DNA of 64,000 nucleotides from Vermamoeba vermiformis (taxonomy: Eukaryota): contig JBEWZL010000138.1 in assembly GCA_045837725.1 (NCBI GenBank), forward strand, positions 1 through 64,000. The letters are read 5' to 3'. Positions 62,859 to 64,000 of this stretch are shown one piece after another. The notes under the pieces were generated by a model. The model was not told the DNA's origin, ran no database searches, and saw only the letters and a program-made list of their open reading frames with translations. The position numbers were made by a program, and so were the translations under genes. Numbering within the stretch: position 1 is the first letter of the stretch; the number at the start of each line of letters is the position of its first letter.

Positions 62859-64000
62859 ATGGAAAAAATTGGATTTCAGTCTCAAGTTCAATTTCGAGCA
62901 GGAAACATGGAGAGAGATATTCAAAATATTTTAGAACTGCCTAAAGATGCACTTACGCTAATTGCTGGGTACTTAGACTTATTCTCCCTCAACAGATTTG
63001 CTCGCACTTGCAAAATATTCAATAGTATTCTGCATTATGAAGCTTTCTGGGAAATATATTATTATAGCCAACCATGGACTATCTTCGCACCTAAGAAGGA
63101 AAAGGTAAGCGTCACAGAACACCAAATCTAAAAAAATTGTAATTCTATAATCTTCCAAGCTTCTTAAAAAATTCTTTAAGCAATAAATTAATTAATATTA
63201 AGCAATTTAATAATTATCGTTAATGATCATAAATTAAGGCGTCAGAAGGACGTTAAAAAAGAATGACGTGTCAATTTATGCAGATGCGTTATAAAATTAA
63301 AAAGACGCATTTATGGGTAATTAATATATAATAACTAACCAAATTAATCTTTCTTAATTATAGATACCTACGAGAAAGCCAAATACCACATGGAAATCAA
63401 CTTTTATTGACCTCAAAAATCTCGTCTTCGAAAAGTTTTCAGTACCTGTCCGCGGCTTCAAGTAAGTACTATTATATATTTCGTATTAAATATAATATTA
63501 ATTGTGTTGTTTGAATTCTGTGGATTTGCTACGGAACTAACAAAATCTTTTATGCTTTAATTCTAGCTGGGCGATAAATGAAGGAATTTTGCCGCCAAAA
63601 AAAGACATTTGGATTAAATTTTTAATCGCTAATAGAGGCCTGCTATTAGACGACCAAAAAATTGCTGAAATTTTGTTCAGATCTATCAAATCCAAGTACG
63701 TACTAGCCAAAAACATTGGAATATTTAAATAATTATACTAATCTTACCTAATGTATAGAGAAGGGTTCGCTAAAATCTTTTTCGAAGAAGTTAACGTCGA
63801 TCTGCCTTTGGATTGGCTGTTACGCAAGGCTGCACTGATGATTCGTCCTATTCCAAACACTACGCCCGATTTAGCACTCGATGCACTAGCATATGAATAC
63901 ACAAGAAGAGTTATGAAACTTACTGAACCTGAAGAAATTAAAACGTACTGCGACAAGATCCGATCAGCGCTGCTACTTCTACTTACTACCGCTTCGTAAG
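62859..64000 (+). CDS. F-box protein with degenerate Sec7-like domain (FBXO8-like), truncated by window end
   Basis: ILELPKDALTLIAGYLDLFSLNRFARTCK (F-box); FSVPVRGFN|WAINEGILP...IKFL and LPLDWLLRKAAL...LDALAYEY resemble Sec7 helices. Start is ATG 62859 or 62907. Confidence 0.7.

Noticed and set aside
1..64000. Alternative genetic code or selenocysteine readthrough
   Set aside because: TAA, TAG and TGA all terminate genes here; internal stops examined were explained by introns or single-base indels.
1..64000. tRNA/rRNA/snoRNA, CRISPR, transposons, giant-virus insertion, U12 introns
   Set aside because: No cloverleaf, repeat-spacer array, TIR/LTR, transposase/RT or RTATCCTT donor was seen by eye; genes are intron-rich host-type. 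Small ncRNAs could be missed without covariance searches.

Overview
Gene-dense, AT-rich, intron-rich eukaryotic DNA. It has short GT-AG introns with GTAAG/GTACG donors and CTAA-type branch points, the standard code, and often only 40-300 bp between genes. Gene content suggests a free-living protist, probably an amoebozoan (inference). About 25 protein-coding genes were reconstructed by manual splicing: DUF1295, GPI-anchored S41 peptidase, GST, Iwr1/SLC7A6OS-like, PinX1-like G-patch, GPI-anchored folate-receptor-family protein, CH-LIM-SAH-PH-PH protein, myristoylated F-box-pseudokinase, TM-filamin(x9-10)-HECT E3, fasciclin, a type I membrane protein, IQ-DH-PH-FYVE RhoGEF, CaMK-type kinase, PA-domain 7TM protein, F-box protein, SAM/Zn-finger protein, RCC1-BTB-BTB, a small secreted protein, APE2-like endonuclease, signal-peptide JmjC, TPR-SMYD, Rab-like GTPase-BTB, plant-type ARM/TPR, GPI-anchored alpha/beta-hydrolase and an F-box-Sec7-like gene cut by the window end. 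The most notable signals are several unusual domain fusions (especially ubiquitin-ligase adaptors fused to degenerate signalling domains) and two intron-restricted palindromic motifs (TGACACGTGTCA and GGATCC). There are also local assembly-quality problems: two frameshifts and a garbled homopolymer block. No rRNA, tRNA, CRISPR array or transposon could be supported. All family calls come from motif recognition, not database searches.
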